Of a stretch of 64,000 nt of DNA, positions 8,823 through 17,400 are shown piece after piece. The notes under the pieces were generated by a model that saw only the letters and a program-made list of their open reading frames with translations, ran no database searches and was not told the origin of the DNA. How positions within the stretch are numbered: the stretch's first letter is position 1; every line of letters starts with the position of its first letter. The translations under genes were made by a program, and so were the position numbers. This DNA is from Candidatus Harrisonbacteria bacterium RIFCSPLOWO2_01_FULL_44_18 (lineage in GTDB: Bacteria; Patescibacteriota; Minisyncoccia; UBA6257; WO2-44-18): contig MHJJ01000014.1 in NCBI GenBank assembly GCA_001817915.1, positions 3,695 to 67,694 on the forward strand. Direction: 5' to 3'.

Positions 8823-9848
8823 ATGGATTTTAAAAATTTCGACATTACTTGGGGAGGCCTTTGGCGGGTCTTTTTTATGGTTCTTTTGGTTTGGGCTTTG
8901 TTTATGGCTCGCGACGTTGTCATAGTTTTATTGCTGGCCATAGTTATTTCTTCCGCCCTTGATCCAATCGTGACATTTTTGCAAAAAAAGAAGATCCCGA
9001 GAATTTTGGGAGCGCTGGCGATTTTTATTTTAGTAATTTTCATTCTGGCGTTAATTTTCTACACCATCATTCCAATCGCCCTTTTTGAATTCAATAATTT
9101 ATTGGGCAGTCTTAGCCAAAGAACGGATTCGGTTTTTGAATTCGTTAAAGCCCCCGAGATTTTAGCTACTATCAATACCAGCCTGGAGAGATTGACCGAT
9201 ATCTTGCTAAGCGGCAGCGCTTCCGTCGTTGATATCGCCAGTAAATTTTTGGGAGGATTGGTTTTGCTGATTTCTGTTTTTGTTCTTTCTTTTTATCTTA
9301 CGGTTGACAAAGACGGCGTAGAAAGATTTCTCATCGCGGTTTTGCCAACGGCCTCCGAGTCCAAATTTTTGGATATTTACGCGCAAACTAAAAAGAAAAT
9401 CGGCGATTGGCTGAAGGGGCAAATATTTTTGAGTCTAACTATGGGCGTCGTGGTATTCGCGGGCTTGAAATTGCTGGGCGTAAAGTACAGTTTAGTTTTG
9501 GCTATCTTGGCCGGCGTTTTAGAACTTATTCCGTACGTCGGCCCTATTTTTAGCGGCACGGTCGCGGTTTTGATCGGTTTGACCGATTCATTTGCTTTAG
9601 GTCTTTATGTTCTTTTATTATTCATTGTTATTCAGCAACTTGAAGGCCATGTTTTAGTGCCGGCGGTTACCCGTTTCACCACCAACCTTAATCCCGTCGT
9701 GGTGTTGGTTAGTTTGATGATCGGCGCGAAAATTTTCGGTTTTGTCGGAGTTATTTTAGCCGTGCCATTGGCAGTAATGGCGCAGGAATTTATTGAGGAG
9801 TTGTCTCAGTCAAAGCAGCGCCGCCGAGACTCAAAACTCATTAGATGA
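8823..9848 (+). CDS. AI-2E family transporter (PerM/UPF0118-like permease)
   Basis: 341 aa polytopic membrane protein. ELIPYVGPI and QQLEGHVLVP are motifs typical of the family. Confidence 0.75.
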   Translation: MDFKNFDITWGGLWRVFFMVLLVWALFMARDVVIVLLLAIVISSALDPIVTFLQKKKIPRILGALAIFILVIFILALIFYTIIPIALFEFNNLLGSLSQRTDSVFEFVKAPEILATINTSLERLTDILLSGSASVVDIASKFLGGLVLLISVFVLSFYLTVDKDGVERFLIAVLPTASESKFLDIYAQTKKKIGDWLKGQIFLSLTMGVVVFAGLKLLGVKYSLVLAILAGVLELIPYVGPIFSGTVAVLIGLTDSFALGLYVLLLFIVIQQLEGHVLVPAVTRFTTNLNPVVVLVSLMIGAKIFGFVGVILAVPLAVMAQEFIEELSQSKQRRRDSKLIR

Positions 9849-11344
9849 AAAAGTTTTATATTACCACTTCCATTGTTTATGTAAACGCGCCTCCGCATGT
9901 CGGTTTCGCGTTAGAATCCATTCAGGCGGATGTGTTAGCTCGGTATCATCGCCAAAAAGGCGATGAGGTTTTTTTTCTGACCGGCGCGGACGAGCATGGC
10001 GCTAAAATTGCGAGAGCCGCCGAGGCAGTCGGTAAAGATTTTCAGTTATTTGTTGACGAAATTGCCGCGAAAGTTAAAAAACTTAAAGACGTCCTGAATT
10101 TATCCTGGGACGATTTTATAAGGACCACTGATAAAAAACGCCATTGGCCCGGCGCTCAAAAATTATGGCGCGACATGGCCGCGGCCGGAGATCTTTATCG
10201 TAGAAAATATCGCGGCCTATATTGCGTTGGACACGAGGCGTTTGTTACCGAAAAAGATTTAATTGACGGCAAATGCCGAGATCATCAGAAGGAGCCGGAA
10301 GTTATTGAAGAGGAAAACTGGTTTTTTCGGTTATCAAAATATCAAAAGAAAATAGAATCAAGCATCAAGAAAAATAAATTAAGAATAATTCCGGAAGGGC
10401 GAAGAACGGAGGTTTTGTCTTTCATTAAAGAAGGCTTGGAGGATGTCAGCTTTTCTCGGCCGCGAAAAGATTTGTCTTGGGGTATCTCCGTGCCGGATGA
10501 CGAAACTAGCACGATGTATGTTTGGTGCGACGCTTTGGCGAATTATATTTCCGCCATCGGCTATGGCCAACAAAAAAGTTCTCCGCCGAAGGCGGATCCG
10601 CCTCAGGCGGAAAAGTTCACGAAATGGTGGCCTGCCGACATTCATTTAATTGGAAAAGATATTTTAAGATTTCACGCTTTGCTTTGGCCGGCGATGCTTC
10701 TTTCGGCAAAATTGCCGCTTCCTAAAAATATCTTTGTTCATGGGCATTTAACCGTTGATGGGCAAAAAATGTCCAAGAGCGTCGGCAATGTAGTAGATCC
10801 ATTTGAATTAGTCGCGAAGTATGGCATTGATCCGGCGCGCTATTATCTTTTGCGTGAGATTCCCAGCGGAGAAGACGGCGATTTTAGCTATAAAAAGCTT
10901 AAAGAAAGATACAACGGCGATTTAGCTAATGGCCTTGGGAATTTTGCCGCGCGCGTTTTAACTTTGGCGGAGAAATTGGGGGAGATAAAAGTTGATTTAA
11001 AAAGCGATGTTGATAAAGCAGTGGCTAAAAAAATCAAGGCGGTTCAAAAGAAAGTTGATGAAAAAATCACCGAATTCAAACTGCACGAGGCTTTAGCGGA
11101 AATTTGGGATTTGATCGCTTTTGGGGATAAATATGTTAATGAGAAAAAACCGTGGAACGCGTCGCTTAGCGTGAATGAAAAAGCGCGAACCATTTTTAAT
11201 TTAATCGCGATCTTGGATAATGTGGCGGCAATGCTATCGCCGTTTTTGCCGGAAACTTCTAAAAAAATTACCGAGAGCATTCATTGGTTATCAAAAAATA
11301 CTTTGAAAATTAAAAAATCCGCGATGCTTTTTCCGCGGATTTAA
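9845..11344 (+). CDS. metG: methionine--tRNA ligase
   Basis: 499 aa. The YVNAPPHVGFA (HIGH-like) and KMSKSVGN motifs are present. ATGA overlap with the upstream gene. Contains the palindrome-encoded insert SPPKADPPQAEK. Confidence 0.92.
   Translation: MKKFYITTSIVYVNAPPHVGFALESIQADVLARYHRQKGDEVFFLTGADEHGAKIARAAEAVGKDFQLFVDEIAAKVKKLKDVLNLSWDDFIRTTDKKRHWPGAQKLWRDMAAAGDLYRRKYRGLYCVGHEAFVTEKDLIDGKCRDHQKEPEVIEEENWFFRLSKYQKKIESSIKKNKLRIIPEGRRTEVLSFIKEGLEDVSFSRPRKDLSWGISVPDDETSTMYVWCDALANYISAIGYGQQKSSPPKADPPQAEKFTKWWPADIHLIGKDILRFHALLWPAMLLSAKLPLPKNIFVHGHLTVDGQKMSKSVGNVVDPFELVAKYGIDPARYYLLREIPSGEDGDFSYKKLKERYNGDLANGLGNFAARVLTLAEKLGEIKVDLKSDVDKAVAKKIKAVQKKVDEKITEFKLHEALAEIWDLIAFGDKYVNEKKPWNASLSVNEKARTIFNLIAILDNVAAMLSPFLPETSKKITESIHWLSKNTLKIKKSAMLFPRI
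10581..10614. repeat. small GC-rich palindromic element (ccgccgaaggcggatccgcctcaggcgg) in frame in metG
   Basis: Related copies occur at 5851-5877 (intergenic) and 25713-25744 (downstream of tRNA-Ser). Confidence 0.75.
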
Positions 11345-11374
11345 TCTATTGCTTCCGGGAAGCAATAGATGGAA

Positions 11375-12031
11375 TCATTCTTCGCCGTTTTTAATAATTT
11401 CAATCAATTCCTCCAGCGAATCAATGATAAAGTCCGGATTGGCGGACATGATGTGCTGTTTTGAATTATATCCCCACGTGCAGCCGACGGTTACAATGCC
11501 TACTTTTTTAGCCGCCAGCATTCCATCAAAGGTGTCATCGGCATAAAAAGAATTTCCAGCCTCAACTTTGAAAAATTCCAATGTTTCTCTTAGGGCGTTT
11601 TCTTTCGGCCAGGCTCCGCCGCGCACGCGGTCAATCAAAGGCAGTAATTTTAATTCAGTTAATCTGCTATTAAGAATCGCGGGCACTTCAGCGCTTACTA
11701 TCGCGGTCAGTATTCGAAGATTTTTGCATTCTAATAACACTTTTTCCGCCGCATCATTTAGAACTGCCCCCTGCCAATGTTGCAGGAAAAATCGTTTTCT
11801 GATTTCATTTAACTTATCATGCGTGATTTCGGGCGGGATGCCGTATTTTCTGTAAAATTCAATGAAATTAGCGCTGATCTCGTCTCTGTAAGTTTCTTCC
11901 GGAGGCGGCGGTAAACTAAACCTTCTAAAAATTTCAACTGCCGAGTTGTAGCTTAGAGTAAAGCTATCAAACAGCGTCCCGTCCCAATCAAACATCGCCA
12001 ATCGCAAGTCAGTTAGTCGCGGATGAGTCAC
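11375..12031 (-). CDS. HAD superfamily hydrolase (phosphatase-like)
   Basis: 218 aa with the motif I sequence MFDWDGTLFDS (DxDGT) and a C-terminal ADDTFDG. Confidence 0.8.
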   Translation of the reverse strand: MTHPRLTDLRLAMFDWDGTLFDSFTLSYNSAVEIFRRFSLPPPPEETYRDEISANFIEFYRKYGIPPEITHDKLNEIRKRFFLQHWQGAVLNDAAEKVLLECKNLRILTAIVSAEVPAILNSRLTELKLLPLIDRVRGGAWPKENALRETLEFFKVEAGNSFYADDTFDGMLAAKKVGIVTVGCTWGYNSKQHIMSANPDFIIDSLEELIEIIKNGEE

Positions 12032-12129
12032 CGGTTTTTCTCCTCGCAGTTTTTGAGTTAGTTCTCAAAGAGCTTTAACACATTATCAGTTAATGACTTA
12101 AGCGTCAATTTGCTATATTCTAAAATCTT

Positions 12130-13155
12130 ATGATACTTATTGATTCTCATACCCATATCCAATTTCCGGTTTATGATAATGATCGGGAGGCGGTTATTGA
12201 ACGCGCGAGAAACGCGGGGGTTTACCCCCACACCAAACGAGCATTGGCGTTAGAAGAAAATGATGCTCGTTATGGTGTGGGGGTAAAAATGATTTGCGTC
12301 GGCACTCAAGCATCAACTTCTGAATCGGCAATTAAGCTCGCGGAAAAATATCCAGAGGATGTTTGGGCGACAATCGGCTACCATCCCAATCATGTTGTGC
12401 CAGCGCAACATGCGCAGACTTTGCGGACTGGACGCAGACTTGCGCAGACAAATTGGTATCATGATCAGAAGGAGCAGAAATCGGCAAATCCGCCGCGATT
12501 TAATATTGAAGAACTGCGCAGGCTTGCTCAGCATCCGAAAGTCGTGGCGATCGGGGAGTGCGGTTTGGATTACTACCGACTAGCCGCTAGCGATTTGCCA
12601 CTAGCCACTAGGGTTAAAGAAAAACAGAAAGAAATTTTTTTGCAGCAAGTCGAACTTGCGCAGGAATTAAATAAAGCATTGATGATCCATTGCCGGCCAT
12701 CCAAAGGCACCAACGACGCCTACGAAGATTTGCTGAAGATTTTACAGGAGATTAAATTTTCTCAGAATGTAATTATTCATTTTTATGTTGGTTCTGTTGA
12801 AATGGCACGAAAATTTTTAGATGCCGGATTTTACCCCCACACCAAACGAGCATTATCGGGGGGCGTCAATGGCGCGAATGCTCGTTATGGTGCGGGGGTT
12901 TATTTTACCTTCGGTGGCGTGATTACATTTTCACGCGACTATGACGAAATTATAAAATACATTCCTCTGGATCGAATTCTTCTGGAAACCGACGCGCCCT
13001 ATGTCGCGCCGGAACCGTATCGCGGCCGCCGCAACGAACCGGCATACATCGTGGAAACCGCTAAAAAACTAGCGGAAGTTAAAAATGTAAGCTTTGAAAA
13101 AGTGGCTGAAATAACTACCAAAACTGCTGGACAGATTTTTAAGTTGCCATTATAA
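12130..13155 (+). CDS. tatD: TatD family metal-dependent hydrolase/DNase with three repeat-derived inserts
   Basis: Begins LIDSHTHIQF and contains GECGLDY, ALMIHCR and ETDAPY motifs. At 341 aa it is larger than a typical TatD, owing to inserts at 12221-12287, 12411-12449 and 12830-12902. Confidence 0.88.
   Translation: MILIDSHTHIQFPVYDNDREAVIERARNAGVYPHTKRALALEENDARYGVGVKMICVGTQASTSESAIKLAEKYPEDVWATIGYHPNHVVPAQHAQTLRTGRRLAQTNWYHDQKEQKSANPPRFNIEELRRLAQHPKVVAIGECGLDYYRLAASDLPLATRVKEKQKEIFLQQVELAQELNKALMIHCRPSKGTNDAYEDLLKILQEIKFSQNVIIHFYVGSVEMARKFLDAGFYPHTKRALSGGVNGANARYGAGVYFTFGGVITFSRDYDEIIKYIPLDRILLETDAPYVAPEPYRGRRNEPAYIVETAKKLAEVKNVSFEKVAEITTKTAGQIFKLPL
12221..12287. repeat. palindromic element family A, copy 1 (in frame in tatD)
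   Basis: Arms tttacccccacaccaaacgagcat / atgctcgttatggtgtgggggtaaa. Encodes YPHTKRALALEENDARYGVGV. Confidence 0.9.
12830..12902. repeat. palindromic element family A, copy 2 (in frame in tatD)
   Basis: Arms tttacccccacaccaaacgagcat / atgctcgttatggtgcgggggttta. Encodes YPHTKRALSGGVNGANARYGAGV. Confidence 0.9.
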
Positions 13156-13182
13156 TCATAATTGGCTTTTTGAGAGGAGAAT

Positions 13183-13575
13183 ATGCGAAAGTACGCCGCA
13201 TTGTTGATGATGGTATCAGCGTTGGGGTTTGGTATTTTGGCATTGTTATCTTTGGCTGGCATCGCGTTATGCGTCACTAAAGGATTGCCAAGAGAGAGTT
13301 TATGGTTCGCGTTGGCTGCATATTTCCCGATATCCGTAGGCGGATTCTTTGTCGTTTTGTTTTTTATATTTATCCTGGCTATGGAAAGCAATGATAATGT
13401 TCTTTTCGGCGCGGCGATTTTTTTAGGCTCTGTTTTTAGCATGTGCGTGACAGTAATTGCTACTGTCTCTGGCGTCCCGATGTTATTATTACCTGCCGCT
13501 ATTGGATGGGGATACGCCGTTGTAACTGTAATAACAGTCATGATACGGCGAAAACATAAAACAAAAGGGAATTAA
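13183..13575 (+). CDS. hypothetical polytopic membrane protein
   Basis: 130 aa with about 4 hydrophobic segments. GAGGAG lies upstream of the ATG. Confidence 0.55.
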   Translation: MRKYAALLMMVSALGFGILALLSLAGIALCVTKGLPRESLWFALAAYFPISVGGFFVVLFFIFILAMESNDNVLFGAAIFLGSVFSMCVTVIATVSGVPMLLLPAAIGWGYAVVTVITVMIRRKHKTKGN

Positions 13576-13619
13576 GCGACGCGCTGCGCTTCATTAAAAG
13601 AGAATTAAAAGAAGCCAAG

Positions 13620-13646
13620 GGCCGATAAAAATCGGCCTTTTGTTTT
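13620..13646 (+). terminator. intrinsic terminator
   Basis: Stem ggccgat / atcggcc with an aaaa loop, then ttttgtttt. A second palindrome (tacctttcaataat/attattgaaaggta) follows. Confidence 0.7.
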
Positions 13647-13798
13647 ACCTTTCAATAATGTAAATTATTGAAAGGTAAAACATTTTTAAAAGATCGTTGA
13701 AAAAAAGCTTGAGATTAATTACTGCGCAACAAATAACACAACAAACAACATCCTTACAAACTTGAGAATGTAAGGATGTTGTGTGGTAAGTGCGGTAA

Positions 13799-13954
13799 GC
13801 TCTGAATTACGAAACTCAGTTTTCCGTCATTGCGAGGAGGCTTTGCGACGCGGCAATCATACGTTGCTATCTGTATAAATGAATAAATAATAAAGTAAGA
13901 TTGCTTCGCGAATCCTCGCAATGACGATAGTTTGATAGTTTCGTAATTCAGAGC
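13799..13954. repeat. compound nested palindrome N1
   Basis: Outer perfect 18-bp arms gctctgaattacgaaact / agtttcgtaattcagagc. Inner perfect 14-bp arms cgtcattgcgagga / tcctcgcaatgacg. Confidence 0.85.
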
Positions 13955-13982
13955 GGTAAGCGTGTTGTGCCAAAAAATTTGC

Positions 13983-14010
13983 TTGACAAATTTTATAGGT
14001 TTGCTATTAT
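13983..14010 (+). promoter_or_regulatory. sigma70-like promoter TTGACA-16-TATTAT
   Basis: cTTGACAaattttataggtttgcTATTAT shares the cTTGACAAATT...TGCTAT pattern with 2960 and 22190. Confidence 0.55.
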
Positions 14011-14061
14011 ATGGGAAGTTCGTTGATTGCTTTTCGAGGGCCATTTTCAGAAGGAGGAGCG

Positions 14062-14652
14062 ATGGAAGCGATGAGTAAGAACCATTGCTGTCTTTGTCAT
14101 AGTAATCCCGCCGAGGGTTTTTGCGTCTGTGATTGCAAGGAGCTGGCGAAGAACGCGCAGGCTGCGCCGGTTGCTTCGCCTGCGAATGCCGTTGCGGTTA
14201 TGCCCGATTTTCGGTTCAGCGTTCTTGAGCAAGCGCTTTTCCCGGTAATTGGTCTTTGGAATATTTTGGTGGGTTTAGTGAGAGGGATTTCCATAGCCTT
14301 GGGGTGTGCGGTAGTTTTGGGTTTGTGTACTTGGGTAATGCCAACTGCCGCGCGTAAGGGTTGTGTCGTTGACCACGCTAGTGCCAGCACGGACTGGAGT
14401 GCCATTTTTTTGGTTGGTTTATTGTTTTATCCGCTCTTTATTGTACTGGTTGTGTTCTTGGTTTTGTCTATTGGCGCGGCAATCGTGAGCGGTGATTGGG
14501 CTGGTTCAACGAAATGGGAGCAAAGCTACGACTATCTATTTAGCTACATTCAGCCCTTTTTAATTCCTCTTGCCGTTACCAACGCCTTGAGTCTCCTCTA
14601 CGAAATCGGCCGCACTAAGAGGAAGTTCGCTCAAGCGCCGATCAAGGTCTAA
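14062..14652 (+). CDS. hypothetical membrane protein with a Cys-rich N-terminus
   Basis: Start chosen at MEAMSKNH, behind AAGGAGGAG. Contains CCLCHSNPAEGFCVCDC followed by about 4 TM segments. Confidence 0.55.
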   Translation: MEAMSKNHCCLCHSNPAEGFCVCDCKELAKNAQAAPVASPANAVAVMPDFRFSVLEQALFPVIGLWNILVGLVRGISIALGCAVVLGLCTWVMPTAARKGCVVDHASASTDWSAIFLVGLLFYPLFIVLVVFLVLSIGAAIVSGDWAGSTKWEQSYDYLFSYIQPFLIPLAVTNALSLLYEIGRTKRKFAQAPIKV

Positions 14653-14670
14653 AGCGCCTAAAGCAAATAC

Positions 14671-14695
14671 ACCCCGATGAGATGTCGGGGTTTTT
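14671..14695 (+). terminator. intrinsic terminator
   Basis: Stem accccgat / gtcggggt followed by ttttt. Confidence 0.75.
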
Positions 14696-14703
14696 GATTT
14701 CTT

Positions 14704-14745
14704 GATTTCGGGAATCGATAGATACTTCTATCGATTCCCGAAATC
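14704..14745. repeat. palindrome of the gatttcgggaatc family
   Basis: Sequence gatttcgggaatcgatagatacttctatcgattcccgaaatc. More arms lie at 14773-14811 and 37541-37598. Confidence 0.85.
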
Positions 14746-14832
14746 GCCAAGTTAATTCAAATCCAAAAAGCCGATTCCCGAAATCACGCCGAACTATTGA
14801 TTTCGGGAATCATAAAAGCCTATAATTTCTAT

Positions 14833-17385
14833 ATGCTGAAGTATAATTTTCGTAAAATAGAAAAAAAGTGGCAAGCCGTCTGGAAGCGCAATAAGTATAA
14901 GGTCTGGCGCGCCGCGGATTTTTCTAAAAATCAAAACCCAAAAGCTAAAAGCTATGTATTGGATATGTTTCCCTATCCCTCCGGCGAAGGACTGCATGTC
15001 GGCCATGTTGAGGGTTATACCGCTTCGGATATCTACGCGCGTTTTTTAAGAATGAACGGCCGTAATGTTTTGCATCCGATGGGATGGGACGCCTTTGGTT
15101 TACCTGCGGAAAATTACGCGATTAAGACAAAAACTCATCCCAGCTTGGTGGTAAAAAAGAATGTAAGGCGATTTAAAGCCCAATTAGACAGCTTGGGATT
15201 CAGCTACGATTGGCAAAGAGAAATTAATACCACCGACCCCGGATATTATAAATGGACGCAGTGGATTTTTCTGCAGATGTTCAAAAACGGCCTTGCTTAT
15301 GAAGCAGAGATGCCGGTTAATTGGTGTCCCTCTTGTAAAACCGTATTAGCCAATGAAGAGGTGATTGACGGCCATTGCGAACGTTGTGACAGCCTCGCAG
15401 AAAGAAAAAGTTTGAAACAATGGATTTTAAAAATTACCGATTACGCCGAGCGTCTGCTGAAGGATCTAGACGGGTTGGATTGGCCGGAGCGAGTAAAAGA
15501 AATGCAAAGAAATTGGATTGGCCGGTCAGAGGGGGTGATCATTAAGTTTCAAGTTTCAAGTTTAAAGTTTCCAATCGAAGTTTTTACGACTCGGCCGGAT
15601 ACTTTGGCCGGCGCCACTTATCTGGTTTTAGCGCCGGAACATCCGCTTATCAAAGACTTACAGCGCAAAATTAGGAATCCTAACGAGGTGACGCGTTATG
15701 TTGAGCAGGCGAGCCATAAATCAGAGCGCGAGCGACTGGCGGAAGTAAAAGAGAAAACCGGAGTCGAGCTTAAGGGCATTAAAGCCGTTAATCCTTTGAC
15801 CAACGAACAAATTCCGATTTGGGTCGCTGATTATGTTTTGGTCCATTATGGCACGGGCGCGATTATGGCAGTGCCGGCCCATGATCAAAGAGACTTTGAA
15901 TTTGCTCAGAAATTTGAGTTGCCGATAAAGATTGTTATTTGCCCGAATTATCCGGAACCCGTTTGCCCGATTTTAGAAAAAGCTTATGAAGGCGATGGAT
16001 ATTTGGTTGGTTCGGGCGAATTTGACGGCCTGCCTAATAACGAAGCTAAAAAAACGATTCTTGAATCGTTGATAAAAAAAGACTTGGCGAAAAAGACTGT
16101 TAATTACAAATTGCGGGATTGGGTTTTTTCCCGTCAGCGTTATTGGGGCGAGCCGATACCTTTGGTTTTTTGTAAAAATTGTAAAAAACAAGTGGAGAAT
16201 TTTAAATCTCAAAACCAAAATTATTCTTTTGATAAATTTAGTTTGGGAGAATTGTTAAATCCCGGTTGGACGGTCATTCCTGATTCAGAATTACCGGTCA
16301 AGTTGCCCAATGTTAAAAATTATCAGCCAACCGGCAAGGCCGAGTCGCCTTTGGCTGGCATTGAAAAATGGACCAAGACGAGTTGTCCCAGATGCGGCGG
16401 GTTAGCTACGCGAGAAACTAATACTATGCCGCAATGGGCGGGGTCTAATTGGTATTATTTGCGATATTTAGATCCCAAGAATAAAGAAGAATTAGTTGAT
16501 CACGACAAAGAAAAATACTGGATGGGAGTGGACTTATACATCGGTGGCGTAGAGCACGCGGTGTTGCATTTGTTGTACGCCCGCTTTTGGCATAAGTTTT
16601 TGTATGATATCGGCATAGTTTCCACCAAAGAACCTTTTGGCAAATTAATTAATCAAGGTTTAATTTTGGGGCCGGATGGCCAGAAAATGTCAAAATCGCG
16701 CGGCAATGTGGCAAATCCCGACGAAATAGTTTCTAAATTTGGCGCGGATTCTTTGCGGCTTTATGAAATGTTTATGGGGCCGTTGGAGGAGGCAAAACCG
16801 TGGGATTCCCGCGGGATCGTGGGAATGCACCGTTTTTTACAAAGAACGTGGAAGTTATTCACGAAACCGGGAATTGAAAAAAATCCGCGTAAATCTGCTT
16901 CTACCGACGCAGAATCCGCGTCAATCCGCGTAGCGAAGCTGTTACACAAAACTATCAAGAAAGTTACCGAAGATGTCAAAAATTTCCGGTTTAATACCGC
17001 TATCAGCGCGCTGATGATTTTAGTTAACGAAATGGAAAAGAATCCTCAATTACTAATTACTAATTACCAATTACTAATAAAATTGTTGTTTCCTTTCGCG
17101 CCGCATTTAGCTCAAGAACTTTGGCAAAAACTAGGAAATAAGAGTTTATTGGATTACGAGCCTTGGCCGGTCTGGGATGAAAAATTAATCCAAGAAGAAG
17201 AGTTTGAGTTAATTATTCAAATCAACGGCAAAATGCGGGGTAAAATTATGACTCAAAAGGGAATTGTCGAAGAAGACGCGAAAAAACTTGCATTCAGCCA
17301 AAATGTTATTAAGAAATGGATCGGCGGCAAAAAAATCAAAAAAACTATTTTCGTGAAAGATAGGTTGATAAATTTTATTGTTTGA
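14833..17385 (+). CDS. leuS: leucine--tRNA ligase
   Basis: FPYPSGEGLHVGH and KMSKSRGN motifs plus a CP1 editing region. Start moved to MLKYNFRKIEKKW. Inserts at 16884-16933 and 17049-17076. Confidence 0.93.
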   Translation: MLKYNFRKIEKKWQAVWKRNKYKVWRAADFSKNQNPKAKSYVLDMFPYPSGEGLHVGHVEGYTASDIYARFLRMNGRNVLHPMGWDAFGLPAENYAIKTKTHPSLVVKKNVRRFKAQLDSLGFSYDWQREINTTDPGYYKWTQWIFLQMFKNGLAYEAEMPVNWCPSCKTVLANEEVIDGHCERCDSLAERKSLKQWILKITDYAERLLKDLDGLDWPERVKEMQRNWIGRSEGVIIKFQVSSLKFPIEVFTTRPDTLAGATYLVLAPEHPLIKDLQRKIRNPNEVTRYVEQASHKSERERLAEVKEKTGVELKGIKAVNPLTNEQIPIWVADYVLVHYGTGAIMAVPAHDQRDFEFAQKFELPIKIVICPNYPEPVCPILEKAYEGDGYLVGSGEFDGLPNNEAKKTILESLIKKDLAKKTVNYKLRDWVFSRQRYWGEPIPLVFCKNCKKQVENFKSQNQNYSFDKFSLGELLNPGWTVIPDSELPVKLPNVKNYQPTGKAESPLAGIEKWTKTSCPRCGGLATRETNTMPQWAGSNWYYLRYLDPKNKEELVDHDKEKYWMGVDLYIGGVEHAVLHLLYARFWHKFLYDIGIVSTKEPFGKLINQGLILGPDGQKMSKSRGNVANPDEIVSKFGADSLRLYEMFMGPLEEAKPWDSRGIVGMHRFLQRTWKLFTKPGIEKNPRKSASTDAESASIRVAKLLHKTIKKVTEDVKNFRFNTAISALMILVNEMEKNPQLLITNYQLLIKLLFPFAPHLAQELWQKLGNKSLLDYEPWPVWDEKLIQEEEFELIIQINGKMRGKIMTQKGIVEEDAKKLAFSQNVIKKWIGGKKIKKTIFVKDRLINFIV
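17049..17076. repeat. heptanucleotide tandem repeat AATTACY x4 inside leuS
   Basis: aattactaattactaattaccaattact encodes LLITNYQLLI. Confidence 0.85.
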
Positions 17386-17400
17386 AGATAAGATGAGAGC

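Noticed and set aside
12999-13541. 180-aa minus-strand ORF antisense to tatD and the 130-aa membrane protein.
   Set aside because: It overlaps the well-supported tatD 3' end. The plus-strand membrane ORF has an RBS and a terminator, and the antisense protein has no features.
13754-14044. 96-aa minus-strand ORF.
   Set aside because: It is composed of palindrome N1 arms and overlaps the plus-strand promoter. The peptide resembles translated repeat sequence.
17386-17400. glmS ribozyme upstream of glmS, T-box leaders upstream of the aaRS genes, and a SAM riboswitch upstream of metK.
   Set aside because: The gaps are too short (15 nt before glmS) or are occupied by simple promoters and palindromes. 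No conserved riboswitch cores were seen by eye. An Rfam scan would be definitive.
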